DNA of 63,873 nt, the filler included, from Rhabdomonas costata (Eukaryota): NCBI GenBank assembly GCA_019059605.1. It is 58 parts of 58 records of this genome, joined end to end, with 100 filler letters (N's around TTAATTAATTAA, not from the genome) between each part and the next. Parts side by side here need not be neighbours in the genome. Positions count along the whole stretch, not along the records: positions 9,928 to 10,930 come from JAHMHO010034249.1; positions 11,031 to 12,033 come from JAHMHO010034250.1; positions 12,134 to 13,135 come from JAHMHO010034251.1; positions 13,236 to 14,238 come from JAHMHO010034252.1; positions 14,339 to 15,341 come from JAHMHO010034253.1; positions 15,442 to 16,445 come from JAHMHO010034254.1; positions 16,546 to 17,548 come from JAHMHO010034255.1; positions 17,649 to 18,650 come from JAHMHO010034256.1; 50 more parts are not named here. One strand, given 5' to 3'. Positions 10,434 to 23,162 of the stretch are shown here, piece after piece. The notes beneath the pieces are model-generated. The model was not told the DNA's origin. It saw only the letters and a program-made list of their open reading frames with translations, and made no database searches. Both the position numbers and the translations under genes were made by a program. Within the stretch, counting starts at the first letter, position 1, and each line of letters begins with the position of its first letter.

Positions 10434-13400
10434 CGTCGACATGGGATCCCGCCTCGGAAGAGCAATTCATTCTCAGGATCCACTTACCAAATGTGAACGC
10501 AAAAGAAAGAAAAGCTGCAAACGCAACACCGAAACAAATGTGGAGTCCAAAGTGAGAAGCAGAGCCAGTTTCGACAACGTGAGCGCTGTTCCTATGTCCT
10601 TCTTCATTCAAAAGCTTTCTTACGAGGACCCGTTTCAATCTGTGTTGAAGAAAGACACCGTTCGTTCGTCAGACGAGTGTGATTTGGAAGAATTTCTGCT
10701 GTTCTGGAGGGATTCGGAACCCTTAGGCCACAGCAGTTCACGAAGTTAAGCATATCTTTGACAATATTTCAGCAAGTGTCGTCAAAACATGAGTAATGCA
10801 AAGAGAGGAGGGATCATAACGGCAATCCCTTTCGATGACGATTGCGAGGAGCGCAATTAAAACAAATCAAATGGTACATACCGTTACGTTACACTGCACA
10901 TCCATTTCACGGTTCTTCTTCCAAACCAACNNNNNNNNNNNNNNNNNNNNNNNNNNNNNNNNNNNNNNNNNNNNTTAATTAATTAANNNNNNNNNNNNNN
11001 NNNNNNNNNNNNNNNNNNNNNNNNNNNNNNTTTTTTGTGGCGCGGCCCTTTCAACCTTTTTTGCTTGGGCTTTGCTTGAGCTCCATAGCATGCTCCACCC
11101 GTTCCTCATCATCCACAGGTTGCTGGGATTTAACTCCGAGGAACCGACTAGAGTGAAAAGCTGATGTTTTTGTGCAACGATAGAGAGACTTGCTGCATTG
11201 CTGGCTGTGGGTAAGGGTGAGGGTGCCGTACAGTGATGGATGGTGATGCGACGTTGGGTCGGGCTTGCTCTGTACCTTCCTGTGTGGTTTCCGTGTGGTG
11301 ATTTTGGTTGAGGTTCTTTCCTTACCTGCAAAGCAATAGACGGCTTAATACCTGTGCTCCTTGTGACTGACGACTAACACGCTTATCTCCGATTGGTCAG
11401 TTTGCGAAATGTGCAAAGACACAAAGCCCATCCCAAAGTGGCCTTTGTTTGCCGCGGAACTTGCGAGAAGGGCGCAGTGAACATTTGGCGATTGCAGAAC
11501 ACTTTCAATTCGGTCAGCTGTTACGTACGGTTGTTATTGTGCTGCTCGTTTCGCGCTGCGAGCGCCAAAATCGGCCACCCCAAACCAGATCAGCCGCAAT
11601 ACGGGCGCGCTTGCAAGGGGCCCTCGAACGCCGTGGGTATCACGAACCCCAACTTGAGTCTCCTTTACAAATTTCTATCCCCGATTTCCTTTACCCAACC
11701 CCAAACCAAAAGCCTTAGAAGGAAACAAAACACATTCAGGGGAGCAGGGATTCTCTTCGGAGGGTGGAAAGCCAGTAAAAACTCGGAAGCAAATGCTCAG
11801 GAAATAGTTGCAAAATTTTATTGGTGTAAGTTTTCGGGTCCGGTGGTTTTGTGGGGATTGGAGTTTGCTCTTCGCAAAACGGAATTTTCAATTAGAGTCC
11901 TTGAGTTTTGTGGGAGGAGATTTCAAAACAAGCCGGTGGTCAAGTGGCCAAAAGGTCCGCGGGGGAAAAGCGGTACCAAAGGAAACCTGGGGAAAATAAA
12001 AACAAAAAAGGGTGTTGTGCCGGAAAAAAAACCNNNNNNNNNNNNNNNNNNNNNNNNNNNNNNNNNNNNNNNNNNNNTTAATTAATTAANNNNNNNNNNN
12101 NNNNNNNNNNNNNNNNNNNNNNNNNNNNNNNNNGGGTTGTTGTTTGCGTTTAAGAGGAGGTTTGAAGGGTTGTGCGATCACCATGAAGTGCCAGACAGAG
12201 AGAGAGAGAGAGGCGAGAGCTCTTTTCGTTTGACACCGTTCGACATCTTTTAAACCCCACGTCCGCTGCGCACGCCCTGCCGAAGCCTGTCCCGCGAAGT
12301 CGAGAAAACCTCGAGCGGACCTGCGGCTCGTCTTGCTCGTGGGCTCAACACCCCCTTTTGGGGCTATTCGTTACCACTTTACCCTACACCTTTCATGTTT
12401 GGACCTTGGTCCTTGGTTCCCTTTTCAGGACAGTCCTGCTGAAAACGGAATCGTCCCCCAGGTTGCGCAGGAGCAGCACTCAGGTTAGGACCTCTCCCCG
12501 GCTGATATCTTGAGCTCAATATCAAAAGGCCACAAGAGTCCTTTGCTGCTGCTGAATGTGGTCATTATTAGTTCAGACAACTGACCGCAAAGCCCAAAAA
12601 ACACAAAAATTCAAAAAGCAAAAACGACAAATTGGCATTGTTACTTCTGAATCCAGGTGTCCCTCAATACTGATTTGATGATGACGGGCACGTGTGTAAT
12701 AACGTTGAAAAACGCGAGCTCTGCACAGATTTAACGGGAAACTCCTTTAAAGGAATAAAACTAGTTCATCCATAGTGCATATTGGTTCGTCTCATGAAGA
12801 GAGCCTTAGCCGAAGCACGCCTGCAGTCTTTTGTATCCGGCCGGTCCTTGGGATCAGAATTTTCTCACCCTCGGCCGGTTGTGGTGACCCTTGGCGGCTC
12901 CTTTTTTTTTTACGCCGCTTCTCACCCCATGCATACATTGTGGGTGCTATTGTAAATCCTCCGCTGAAAAATCAGCGGAGGATTTACAATAGGACCCACA
13001 ATGTATTTACCAAAGAACCACCCACCCCGTGATCCCATGCCGAACGGAGGGGCAGGCATATGGTTCGAATGGTCCGCCTGCGGCCACCCAACACACAGAA
13101 CTCGGCCCCAGGGGCCAGCGTGTTAACCCCAACAANNNNNNNNNNNNNNNNNNNNNNNNNNNNNNNNNNNNNNNNNNNNTTAATTAATTAANNNNNNNNN
13201 NNNNNNNNNNNNNNNNNNNNNNNNNNNNNNNNNNNGTTGGTGGGTGCGCAACCTCACCAATTGGTGTGATGACGGCTCACACTGAATGTGTGCGGCAACC
13301 TGAGCGTCCGAGCGCTAAAAATTCCTCAAATAGAGCTTTATGGGTTTATCTCTTTATCGAAGCAGGTCTAGGGTCTTTCGGCAGGCCTGCCTGTCTGCCC

Positions 13401-13558
13401 ACTGCCTGCTCTCATTTTTGCCGCACCTTGGTCCACCGCAGTGCAGGGTTTTTGGATGCACCCGTAATCTCCCGAGTCCTGTGCCCCACTATCCGTAGCT
13501 ATATGGCAGTTTTGCCCGCCCCCTGTGTTCTCTTCCTCTGTGCTCGCCACAACTGCAG

Positions 13559-13696
13559 ACGGTAACCACTGTTTCCGAACTCCACCGTGACGTCGAGCTG
13601 ATGCTTCTGAACGCGCAGCTGTACAACCCCCCAGGCCACGCAGCCTGGTCCGCGGCCCGAGCGCTGCAGCAGCACGCCCGAGTGCTTTTCCAGGCG
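13559..13696 (+). CDS. Bromodomain C-terminal half (BRD8-like) exon
   Basis: TGCAG|TVTTVSELHRDVELMLLNAQLYNPPGHAAWSAARALQ…|GTGTGC. Carries the conserved D-x2-L-M-x2-NA-x2-YN motif. Confidence 0.8.
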
Positions 13697-14935
13697 GTGT
13701 GCCTCATATGTGCGTACCTATTTATTTGCCCCATTTTCTTATCTCTCACAGCACCTGCCCTGATTCTGGATAAGCGGACGCACCAAAGCCTCCCCGCATT
13801 GCTATGGCAAGCACTGTGCCTTGGCCGAATTATTCCCTCAGAAAACTTCTGGCAATCAGCGGATTGGGGTGTAGCGTCTCGATTTGTGATGGGTCAATTT
13901 TGAATTGTTTAATTGCTGACTCTCGAGCCAGTGATTGTGCCCAAGGTTCGATCACTGGAAGTTTGGGGGGGGGTAGCGGGTAAAGCTTACGAGTGGTAAC
14001 GGAAAAACGCCTTAAAACTTTTGCTAAATTAACTCAAACCCACCTGAGCCAAGCAACATTCAGTTGCACTTGTCTGATGGGCAGGCAATGCATCCATGCC
14101 AGCAGCATCTCAGGAATTAGGGCATCCTTTCCGAAGCGATAACCCAAACCTCCCTTCTTTTCTCTCAGCATTTAAAACGCACCACGGACCCTTCGTCACT
14201 CTCCACCACTTACACAAAACACCAAACACACCCACCACNNNNNNNNNNNNNNNNNNNNNNNNNNNNNNNNNNNNNNNNNNNNTTAATTAATTAANNNNNN
14301 NNNNNNNNNNNNNNNNNNNNNNNNNNNNNNNNNNNNNNGGGGTTGGTTTGCGGTTTTTTCCGAAACGCAAATGTTTAAGAAACGGCAATGTTTAAGAAGG
14401 TTTTCCTGTTGTTTTTCTGGAGTTTATCGCCCTTCAGTCAATCAAAAGATAATGCGCATCGGTGGTGGATTTTTATATATACGGTTTGACATTTTGTTGT
14501 TTCTGTCAATTGTCCCCACTTTTGAGGTCCGCCATAAAATTTAAAGACTCTGCGGGCACTCGCTGGAGAGTTCGGAGAGTCTGTGTAGGTTAGTGTGGGC
14601 AGGAAAGTGTGTTTAGTCTGACATTGGAAAACCAATTGTCATGCTTGTCATGCTTTTCCTATTCTGGACACTCAAATGCCCAGGAACCGTTGAGAGAAAC
14701 GTGTAACGAATATAAGTTTGGTGCAGGAAGATGGATTCATCGGAGAGATTTGCAGCGTTATTGGGCAAATGGAGAGAAATATCAATTTGGTTCAAGAGAG
14801 CACGGCTTTGCTTTTTTGCTGCATTGTACTTTTTCCCGCTTGTTCTCATTTGAAGTGATCTTTGTCCTAATTTTCTTTGCCCTTCGGTAAATATGGACGG
14901 TTGAGAAAACTTGAGGTGGGTTGCATCAATTTAAA

Positions 14936-15099
14936 ATGCACGAGGAGCAGCTGAGATCCAGGGCAGCTTTATCGAGCTTCAGGGTGTACGCCCGAGTCGG
15001 GTTGGTCGGTAATCCAAGCGATGGGTTTGGAGGGAAAACCCTTTCTTTTACCATCGCTAACTTCTGGGCGGAGTGCACAATGACCCATGAAGACATGAG
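14936..15099 (+). CDS. Glucuronokinase-like GHMP kinase exon
   Basis: YARVGLVGNPSDGFGGKTLSFTIANFWAE is the glucuronokinase N-terminal motif. Donor GTCAGC; the 5' boundary is uncertain. Confidence 0.85.
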
Positions 15100-15526
15100 G
15101 TCAGCGCGGTGTTTGTTCTTTTACTGTCTGGACTGCAAGGTGGAGGTCAAAAACCGATGGTGGAGACATATTATATGAACGCATTGCTCAATGGATTTCT
15201 TTTTGATATTGGACGCTGCATTCAAATTGCATGCACGGGACTTCTGCCTTACTGAGATGGACCACGCGAGTCCGAATGAACAGCATTTTTTATTGGTGCC
15301 TTTTCGGAAACCTGCCAGAGGTCGACCACAACACACCCAACNNNNNNNNNNNNNNNNNNNNNNNNNNNNNNNNNNNNNNNNNNNNTTAATTAATTAANNN
15401 NNNNNNNNNNNNNNNNNNNNNNNNNNNNNNNNNNNNNNNNNGGGGTTTGGTTCTTCGTCTGTTTTTTTTTACATTTTTTTACATTGCAAAAATGCACGGA
15501 AGTGATTCTGCATGCCTCTCCGAAAG

Positions 15527-15669
15527 GTTTGGCTTGAGAACCGACACGCGTTTCTGCGCCTGGCTCTTCGCACCGGTGCTCACATCCTTCCGGCGTACGC
15601 GTTCAACGAGGTCAGGACGTACCACACCGTGACCTGGCTGAGTGGATTTCGCAGCTGGATTGGCCGCAA

Positions 15670-15707
<38 letters not shown>

Positions 15708-16089
15708 GTGTGGAAAGAGCGAGCCCGCGCTTGTAGAGAGTGAACAATCGCTTATGCTTTCTTCGATTCGTTTTTTGCCCAACTGATTTCTTGGCAATAG
15801 CAACCACTGAATCGCTCGCACCCTAGTCCGTTATCTCATATGCACTCACATTCCCCATGGTGAGCGGACTGTGTTCCGATAGACCTTCCCCCCTCCCCCC
15901 AGCTTTCCTGGTAGCCTGGAGTACTTGTTGAATTTTTAGTTCGTCATTTTCATTTCCTTCGCCCATCAATTTTGGTTCGCCACGCTTAGGCTGAAGTTCT
16001 CCCCGCTCATTCCGTACGGAAAGTTCCTGCTGGTACCACTTCCCGTGCCCGTCACGCTTGTGGTGGGACGGCCCCTGTTAGTGGAAAAA
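15527..16089 (+). CDS. DGAT2/MOGAT-family acyltransferase; exons 15527-15669 and 15990-16089
   Basis: The spliced frame reads VWLENRHAFLRLALRTGAHILPAYAFNE…GRK/LKFSPLIPYGKFLLVPLPVPVTLVVGRPL. The GT-AG intron is phase-compatible. Confidence 0.85.
15670..15711 (+). repeat. (GTGTAT)n microsatellite at the very start of an intron
   Basis: Direct inspection; the repeat begins at the inferred donor GT. Confidence 0.9.
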
Positions 16090-16816
16090 GTTGGATGCCA
16101 AGGCCTGGCGGGTGGGACCGGCATTGTGTTACACGCCGTCTATCCGACTGCCTCCTCCATCCATGCGAATGAACGCCAACACCCAACTTTGCTTTCACCA
16201 AGTGGGCGCCGCCGCCGTTTACTTGGGTCCGGCTTCCTCTCTTCGTGGGCCGTGTTCTTTCGGGTGGGCTATATCTTTGTTTGCTGGCTCGGGCGTTTGT
16301 GACGTCGTGCTCTCCAGGCTTGCTTGCTCGTCTGGGGGCGCGGGCTCTTTCGCCGGGACGTTGCTGGGGTCTTGGGGGAAATCGGGGGTTTAGTTGGACC
16401 ACTGTCTGCCCTTTTAACCAGGTAGCCCGCTAACGCCCTTCCCACNNNNNNNNNNNNNNNNNNNNNNNNNNNNNNNNNNNNNNNNNNNNTTAATTAATTA
16501 ANNNNNNNNNNNNNNNNNNNNNNNNNNNNNNNNNNNNNNNNNNNNTGTTTGTTGGTTGCACACCCGTGCAATTATTCAGGGATGCAAAGCAAGTCCCAGC
16601 AACAGATGCACGGGTGTGCAACCAGCAAAGAAACGAGAATTAACGAAGTTTGCATTCCCCTATAAAAATGTTGGAGTCCTCCTGACAGCTCACTGTCTAC
16701 CACGAGCAGCAACCGGCTGAAGTGTCGTGGGAATACCATCATGTACCAACATAAGCAGCCCCGCGAATTGAAGCAAAACAAAACAAATATCCAACAGGAA
16801 AGAGTCGGAAAGTCAC

Positions 16817-17455
16817 CTTGAAAGCCTTAATCTGCTCTTTGAACCACTGAATGTCCTTCTCCGCGCAGCCAGCGTTCACAACCTCCCAGATAAAGCCGTC
16901 CTGCTTTGTGATCATCGTGTCGTCGATGGTTCCCCCTTCGGGGGTTGTGATGACGGAAAGCTTGCTCTGACCTGACATAAAAACAGGTTGTGAGACTCAA
17001 ATGAGGAACTTTTGCCTTTTGATTAAAAAAATCTGACTTCACAGAAAGGCTGGAGGACGCATCCACACAATTACTTCAGCAATTTGGGACTAATCTGGCG
17101 AAAAGCATGTGAAGCAAACTACACTAAAACTTGCACACCAACAGCGATGTCCATCGAGACAGGGGTGAGCTTTTCAATGAACTGATGCCGATCTTTTCCA
17201 GTGAACTTGAGCTGACCCATGTGACCAACGTCAAACAGCGCACAGCCATCTCGGCAGATGAAGTGCTCCTTCAACACGCCCTGCGCAAAACAACCGGTCA
17301 TAAGGGGAATAGGAACGGCGCCATTCTTGCGCATACTAAACCAAGGTGCTTAGTTTATACCGTCTTATACTGAACAGGCATTTCCCACCCGCAAAACTCC
17401 ACCATCTTCCCGCCATTCTTTACATGCCACTTGTTCAAAGCAGTCTTCTTGATTC
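16817..17455 (-). CDS. gcvT: Glycine cleavage system T protein (aminomethyltransferase); exons 17455-17361, 17280-17139, 16971-16817
   Basis: Spliced: [28 protein letters not shown]…[19 protein letters not shown]…[10 protein letters not shown]…[10 protein letters not shown]. Both GT-AG introns are phase-compatible. Confidence 0.95.
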
Positions 17456-18766
17456 CTGGAGAAACACGAGAAAAACACTGGAAAAGTAAAATGACGCCGA
17501 CGATTCCATATTTTAACAAGCAAGTCTTTTTCTGTCTGCATCATCTTANNNNNNNNNNNNNNNNNNNNNNNNNNNNNNNNNNNNNNNNNNNNTTAATTAA
17601 TTAANNNNNNNNNNNNNNNNNNNNNNNNNNNNNNNNNNNNNNNNNNNNGGGTTGTTGGGACAGACGGGCGCGCTCGCTTGTTGGCAAAACGGGCGCTCGC
17701 GAGAGGTATACCTTAGGAGGAGGCCATCCTTGAATTTTTTATAACGATTGGTTATTTTCTTCACATGAAAAAACCGGAAGCTGATCTCTATTATTAATCC
17801 GACCCATTACTAATCAAATTATAGTAATTACATTATTGGATGGCAACCATTACTAGTAAAGGGTATACACACGACCAGGGTATATGCGTGCGTGAGGGTT
17901 GGCACATGTTTCATACCCCGAATGCCACAGAACAGGAAAAGCCAGTGAGCAGGGACGTCAGTCAAAGACATCGAAGTTCTCTTTCACCGACTTTCACCGG
18001 CCATAGGCGTTACTGATTTGGTTAACACGGGAGCAATAGCTTGTGCGCCAGCGACACGGCGCACACGCAACCCAGAGGAGACAGAGACGACAGCGGAGGT
18101 TTTTTTAATCCAGCTTTTTTATGTGGAACACTCTGCCGTAAAAAGGTCGGAGCTCGCAACTTGGGCATAAACTATCTCCAATGGATCAGTCGTGAGAGAC
18201 AGTCCTTCCTTAAGAAAAATGAAACCCCCGCCGCTGTGGGGCAGAGGAACAATCCCCTTTTAGTCCCCGCCCCTCTCGCGGTCCCGAGCTCACTACGCCC
18301 CTTTGCCGTCTTTCGGGAATAGTCTTTGCATAGTTTGCACAAGAGCGAGGCGTTATTTAAAGGTTACTGGAAGGTTTTCTGCCTCCAGAAAGGACACCTT
18401 TCGAAACAAGGCAGCTAATATTTTCCGGCCACAAAATTCGGCAGAACCCTTGCTGCACTGTGTTTGTACTCCATTATTCTTGCCTTTCTTACCAGAACAA
18501 GAAAAACGAGGAGAAAAAAAAAGGAAAGAATGCCCACTTGTTCGTTTTTTTCTTACTTTTTTCTGTGGTGGTGAATCCTTTCGTCCCACTCCAACGCTCA
18601 CGCGAGTCGAGAACGAAATGTATCACGCTACAGTGGGTGCACCACCAACANNNNNNNNNNNNNNNNNNNNNNNNNNNNNNNNNNNNNNNNNNNNTTAATT
18701 AATTAANNNNNNNNNNNNNNNNNNNNNNNNNNNNNNNNNNNNNNNNNNNNTGTGTTTTTTCCGCAG

Positions 18767-19576
18767 GTTGTGGAGCTCACCCGCATCGTCGAGAGTAGCT
18801 CTGTGGTGCAGCCCGATTCCTACTTCTACGCTGTTCTGTTTGATGTATGTGCAAAGGCAAACCGGGAGGATCTCATTCAGGTGCGGTGTCCCTCAAGCAT
18901 CCCCTGCCCCAAATCGAGCAAACTTGAACCTTATGCTTGCCTAGGATTCAGGCCGACTCCTTTGTTTTGTACCTCACGTGCACTGCGATTTTCACAGTGA
19001 TCGTTTTAACCCTGTTGGCCGCACGGGTAGGTTAATTGGAGGGATGGAGCAGTATGTTGGATACAAACATTTCAGGAGAAAGGTCCTAAATAAATTTCAA
19101 TGTCGGCGAGTGGAGGGGTATGGAGGAGGGGGCGATGCACGTGTCTTCACGTATCTTCTCGGCACATATCCAACATTGACGCGCATCTAGGGTGGATATG
19201 TGTCTCTACCCCCCGCTCCCTCTTAACTTAGAATAGGTGAAACGCATATGGGCATATGCTCAGGTTTGATTTTACCCGACGGGCCAATTGGTGGTTGTAA
19301 TCGTTTTGTGATGGTGCCTTTCTTTCTGCTATGCCTTGTTGTTTCGCGACTGCCGGCCCCAATTGCTTTGGATTCGATCTCATCTTTCTCCGTTTCTTGG
19401 GTTTGGGGTGGGGGTCAGTGTAGTTGTGGGTGTCTTCCCAGGAAGCTTGGGTCCGGCTCCGGGCAAAGGTCGACGCGGGGCAGATCCAGCCCAGCCTAGT
19501 AGTGTACAGTGTCCTTTTCGAGGCCTTCCGGAAGACAGGCAACTGGGATGTCCTCCTGGATCTGGTCGAGAAGATG
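18767..19576 (+). CDS. Pentatricopeptide-repeat protein; exons 18767-18880 and 19442-19576
   Basis: VQPDSYFYAVLFDVCAKANREDLIQ/EAW…IQPSLVVYSVLFEAFRKTGNWDVLLDLVEKM gives two PPR-like motifs across a phase-0 GT-AG intron. Confidence 0.75.
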
Positions 19577-20224
19577 GTGTCCGTTCCAGACGGGTGAACC
19601 CAAACCCCCCCCTCCCTTCTGAGCCCTTTGAGCCTCGCATTCGGTGTGTGATTGATATCGCAAGGGTACTGTGATACAACGTGCGGTCACTCGTGAAACG
19701 GTGCCTTGGCTCTCCATACCTTATTCCTGACTTCCCCTATTTTCCCACCAAAANNNNNNNNNNNNNNNNNNNNNNNNNNNNNNNNNNNNNNNNNNNNTTA
19801 ATTAATTAANNNNNNNNNNNNNNNNNNNNNNNNNNNNNNNNNNNNNNNNNNNNTAATGATTACTTAGGAACACACAGCAGCGATAGATTTCCAAAATACA
19901 TAAGAGTGTTTGGTGTGTTGGGCGCGGGCTGGGTCTACACTTCAAAGCTTCTGTGCGGGTGAGTCAGCAGCGTTGCTTTTTTTTTGGCAGTGGTGGGGCT
20001 TGACCGATATGTATGTTTTGCTTTGCTGTGAGCGAGACGCAGAAGTGGGCTTCTGTGCATATGTGTGTTTGTATGCGGAGGCAGGGTGACCATTTTTTAC
20101 GATCGCACAAAAACATAAAAATCCATGAAAAGAAATGATAGACCCAGGGGTCGGATGGGAGCAGTGGAATACCGCTATTGGTGGCTAAAAGGATGCTTCA
20201 CCGATGCGACTGTGTGTTTTACAG

Positions 20225-20524
20225 CGCGGACCCTCTACCCCGATGTGCTGCAACCGTTGCGAGCAGGTGCAGCAGGCGCATATTCAGCAGGGGTATGTGC
20301 CTCCGTCCGCCCACTTTCCTCGACGGGGCAATCTGCGTGGGTCATTTCTTTTGCTGATCCAAAGGCCGTGGGATGTTTTTTGCGTTTTTTCTTTTTGCTT
20401 GGGCAACCCTGCGCCGCACCGACGGCAAGAGTTGCCGACAAGGATCAGTGGTTGTTGTGGTTTCTCACCTTCTTTGCAATTCACTCTCAGACTATCACCT
20501 CCTCCAATGGAGTCCATCGAGCAG
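20225..20524 (+). CDS. ERGIC3/Erv46-family cargo receptor; exons 20225-20292 and 20491-20524
   Basis: Spliced CCNRCEQVQQAHIQQGLSPPPMESIEQ matches the family pattern CCNxCxxVxxAYxxxG…IEQC. The intron is phase 2 and compatible. Confidence 0.7.
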
Positions 20525-20956
20525 GTGCAGAGCTCCACTTCAGCGCATTTTTTCCTTCCTTCCTTTTTGTTCTCACTGGGTCAGATGGCAACCTGTCTAT
20601 GCTTTTTGTTGACGGCGACTTTTAGCCGACTGGCGTACACTATTTATTGAGGCAATGCCCCCTCTCTACACTCAAAACCCCCACAGCGGTCCTCTGCCTT
20701 TGTTGAATTGACGACTTGCACTGCATTTTACTTTGCTCATTCGGTTTTTGTGCATGCTTTTGTGGATGTCCTTCCTCTGGAGTCCATTTGTGGTCAAGGC
20801 CACGACTAAGAGAATTAATTGCTCTAATTGGCTGCTTTCGCAAGATACAACCCCAGNNNNNNNNNNNNNNNNNNNNNNNNNNNNNNNNNNNNNNNNNNNN
20901 TTAATTAATTAANNNNNNNNNNNNNNNNNNNNNNNNNNNNNNNNNNNNNNNNNNNN

Positions 20957-21959
20957 TTTTGTTTGATCAGCAGGGCAGTGAGTATCCTGAAAAAGGAAGG
21001 ATGGGCGGCCGCCAGTGGGCGGGAAGCGGGCATCGTTCCAAGCATACGGCGCCTGCGGATCAAACAGACCAGGCCGTGTAGCGGAAAGCCGATCCTGAAG
21101 GCGGCAGACTTCCTGCAGTGCCGCTTCCAGAGTATCCTGGCTCTCCAGTTTCTCTTTCAGGAGAACTTCTTCCCGAGCGCGAAATGCCGCCAGTTCTCTT
21201 TCTGATGCAACTAAAGCGACATTCATGAAACTCAACGAGGACTGAAGTTCATCAACTTGAGCCAGGAGGTGATCAACCTCGTCAGGGCAGCAGGACTCGA
21301 AGATTTCCCCGCTGCAAAGGAAAGACCCACTGCCATCCGACCCTCCTAAGAGATACACACGGGTTGCGCTGCTGACAGCACAGGCCTCGTAACGCCTGCT
21401 GCACATTGTCGCCGAAGACGTGGTGAAGACGGCACCTTTCGGGTCAAAAACCTCACAACTCGATAGGAAAGAGCAACCGTCCCATCCCCCAAAAATAAAC
21501 GCCCGAGCCCCACACAAAGCGGCGCATGCTCCCTCGCGCCTGGTGCACATCTGTTTGGGAAGTGTTGTGAAGAACCCGCTGAGGGGGTCAAAGATCTCGC
21601 AGCTGGCCAGTGGGCCACTGTCGTCCTGACCCCCGAAAACGTAGGCCTTACCTCCAAGGGCCAGAGCACACGCCCCCTGCCGCTTGCAATGCATGGAACA
21701 TGATAGCAGCACAAAGGCTCCCGAGTCCGGGTCGAAAACCTCGCAGCTGGAAAGGAAGGCTCCGTTAAATCCGCCAAAGATGTAGACCCTGCCCTCCAAA
21801 ACAACCGCACAGGCGCCGTGCCGCTTGTTGCACATCATGCCAGGCAAAGTTGTAAAAGTGCAGCTGCTTGGATCAAAAACCTCGCAGCTGGACAGGAATT
21901 TACCGCCGTCGTCTCGGCCACCGAATACGAAGATTCTGCCACCTCGAGTCACCAAACCC
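20957..21959 (-). CDS. Kelch-repeat protein with C-terminal coiled coil (partial)
   Basis: About five ~47-aa repeats 'F/Y-x-FGG…LSSCEVFDP…F…M…R.GACA', then a heptad-rich segment. The frame is open across the whole contig. Confidence 0.93.
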
Positions 21960-23162
21960 NNNNNNNNNNNNNNNNNNNNNNNNNNNNNNNNNNNNNNNNN
22001 NNNTTAATTAATTAANNNNNNNNNNNNNNNNNNNNNNNNNNNNNNNNNNNNNNNNNNNNGGGTTTTGGGTGTTGGATATTTGTGTTTGTACCTGGTCGGC
22101 GGAGGTCATTCGTGCACCTCCCTCGTGTGTCGTGCAAGATGCTGTGAAGGGTGATCGGCGGACAAAAGCCGCAAAGTTTGTGGTCCCACCATCAACAGAG
22201 CGGCCAAATGACAGGTCAAAACCGGAGAGCGCAAAGGTCGAAGGGGGCACAAAACCATCAAGCGACACTCTCCCAAGCGCTCAGCTTGCCAACACAGGGG
22301 GAGAATTTTGACTCCGAACAGAGAGGTATGGATACGCGAAAGAAAGGGCTTCACTTCCATACACGCACATGGAGATGAGCTCGGGATGCGATCCGCACTT
22401 GGGCTCGGGCATTGCTTTTCCAGTCACAAACACCGTCGAACTCTCCAGCAGTGGAGAAGAGCCTGCTGCACCAGAAATGAAATCGAAAATCGAAGAGCGT
22501 GACGAAACTGTCCCAAGCCCGTACTTCCAGGGGCCAGAGTTGCCTTAAAGGTCTCTCGACAGAGACAATACCTGGCGGGAGGGGCATCGAAATGAAAAAA
22601 ATCGCACGCCTCTTCCCCTCCACGCCAGAATCCCGAATCCTCAGAATACTGCAGGGGTGAAGGCGATCCTGCGGCACGGTCCCCCGCCAAATCAGGCACC
22701 AGGGGGCAGTAAGGGGCTTGGAGATGGAAAAAGGTTGATTGGATGACAGATGCAGAAAAAATTCAGCGGCTAATGAGGAAAAGGGTCATGTGCACATAAG
22801 GAAGTGGTGAGGAATCCCAATCGACGCCCAGGTTCCTTGAAAAACCAACACAGCCTATGTCATCCCGAAACCGAAAAGAACTCACGCTCATGAACAGAAT
22901 CAAGAAAAATTCGTACCCCGTGCCCATACTCCGTCCCCCTCCAACCCCAGCACTACGGAAAGGCAGCTTGTGAAGCTAAAGGATTCACGGAACACGCAAC
23001 ACAGTAGATGGCGAAACGGGGGTGCAAGCATCCAAAAGGCCTGCTCGCTAATCACACCCACCNNNNNNNNNNNNNNNNNNNNNNNNNNNNNNNNNNNNNN
23101 NNNNNNTTAATTAATTAANNNNNNNNNNNNNNNNNNNNNNNNNNNNNNNNNNNNNNNNNNNN

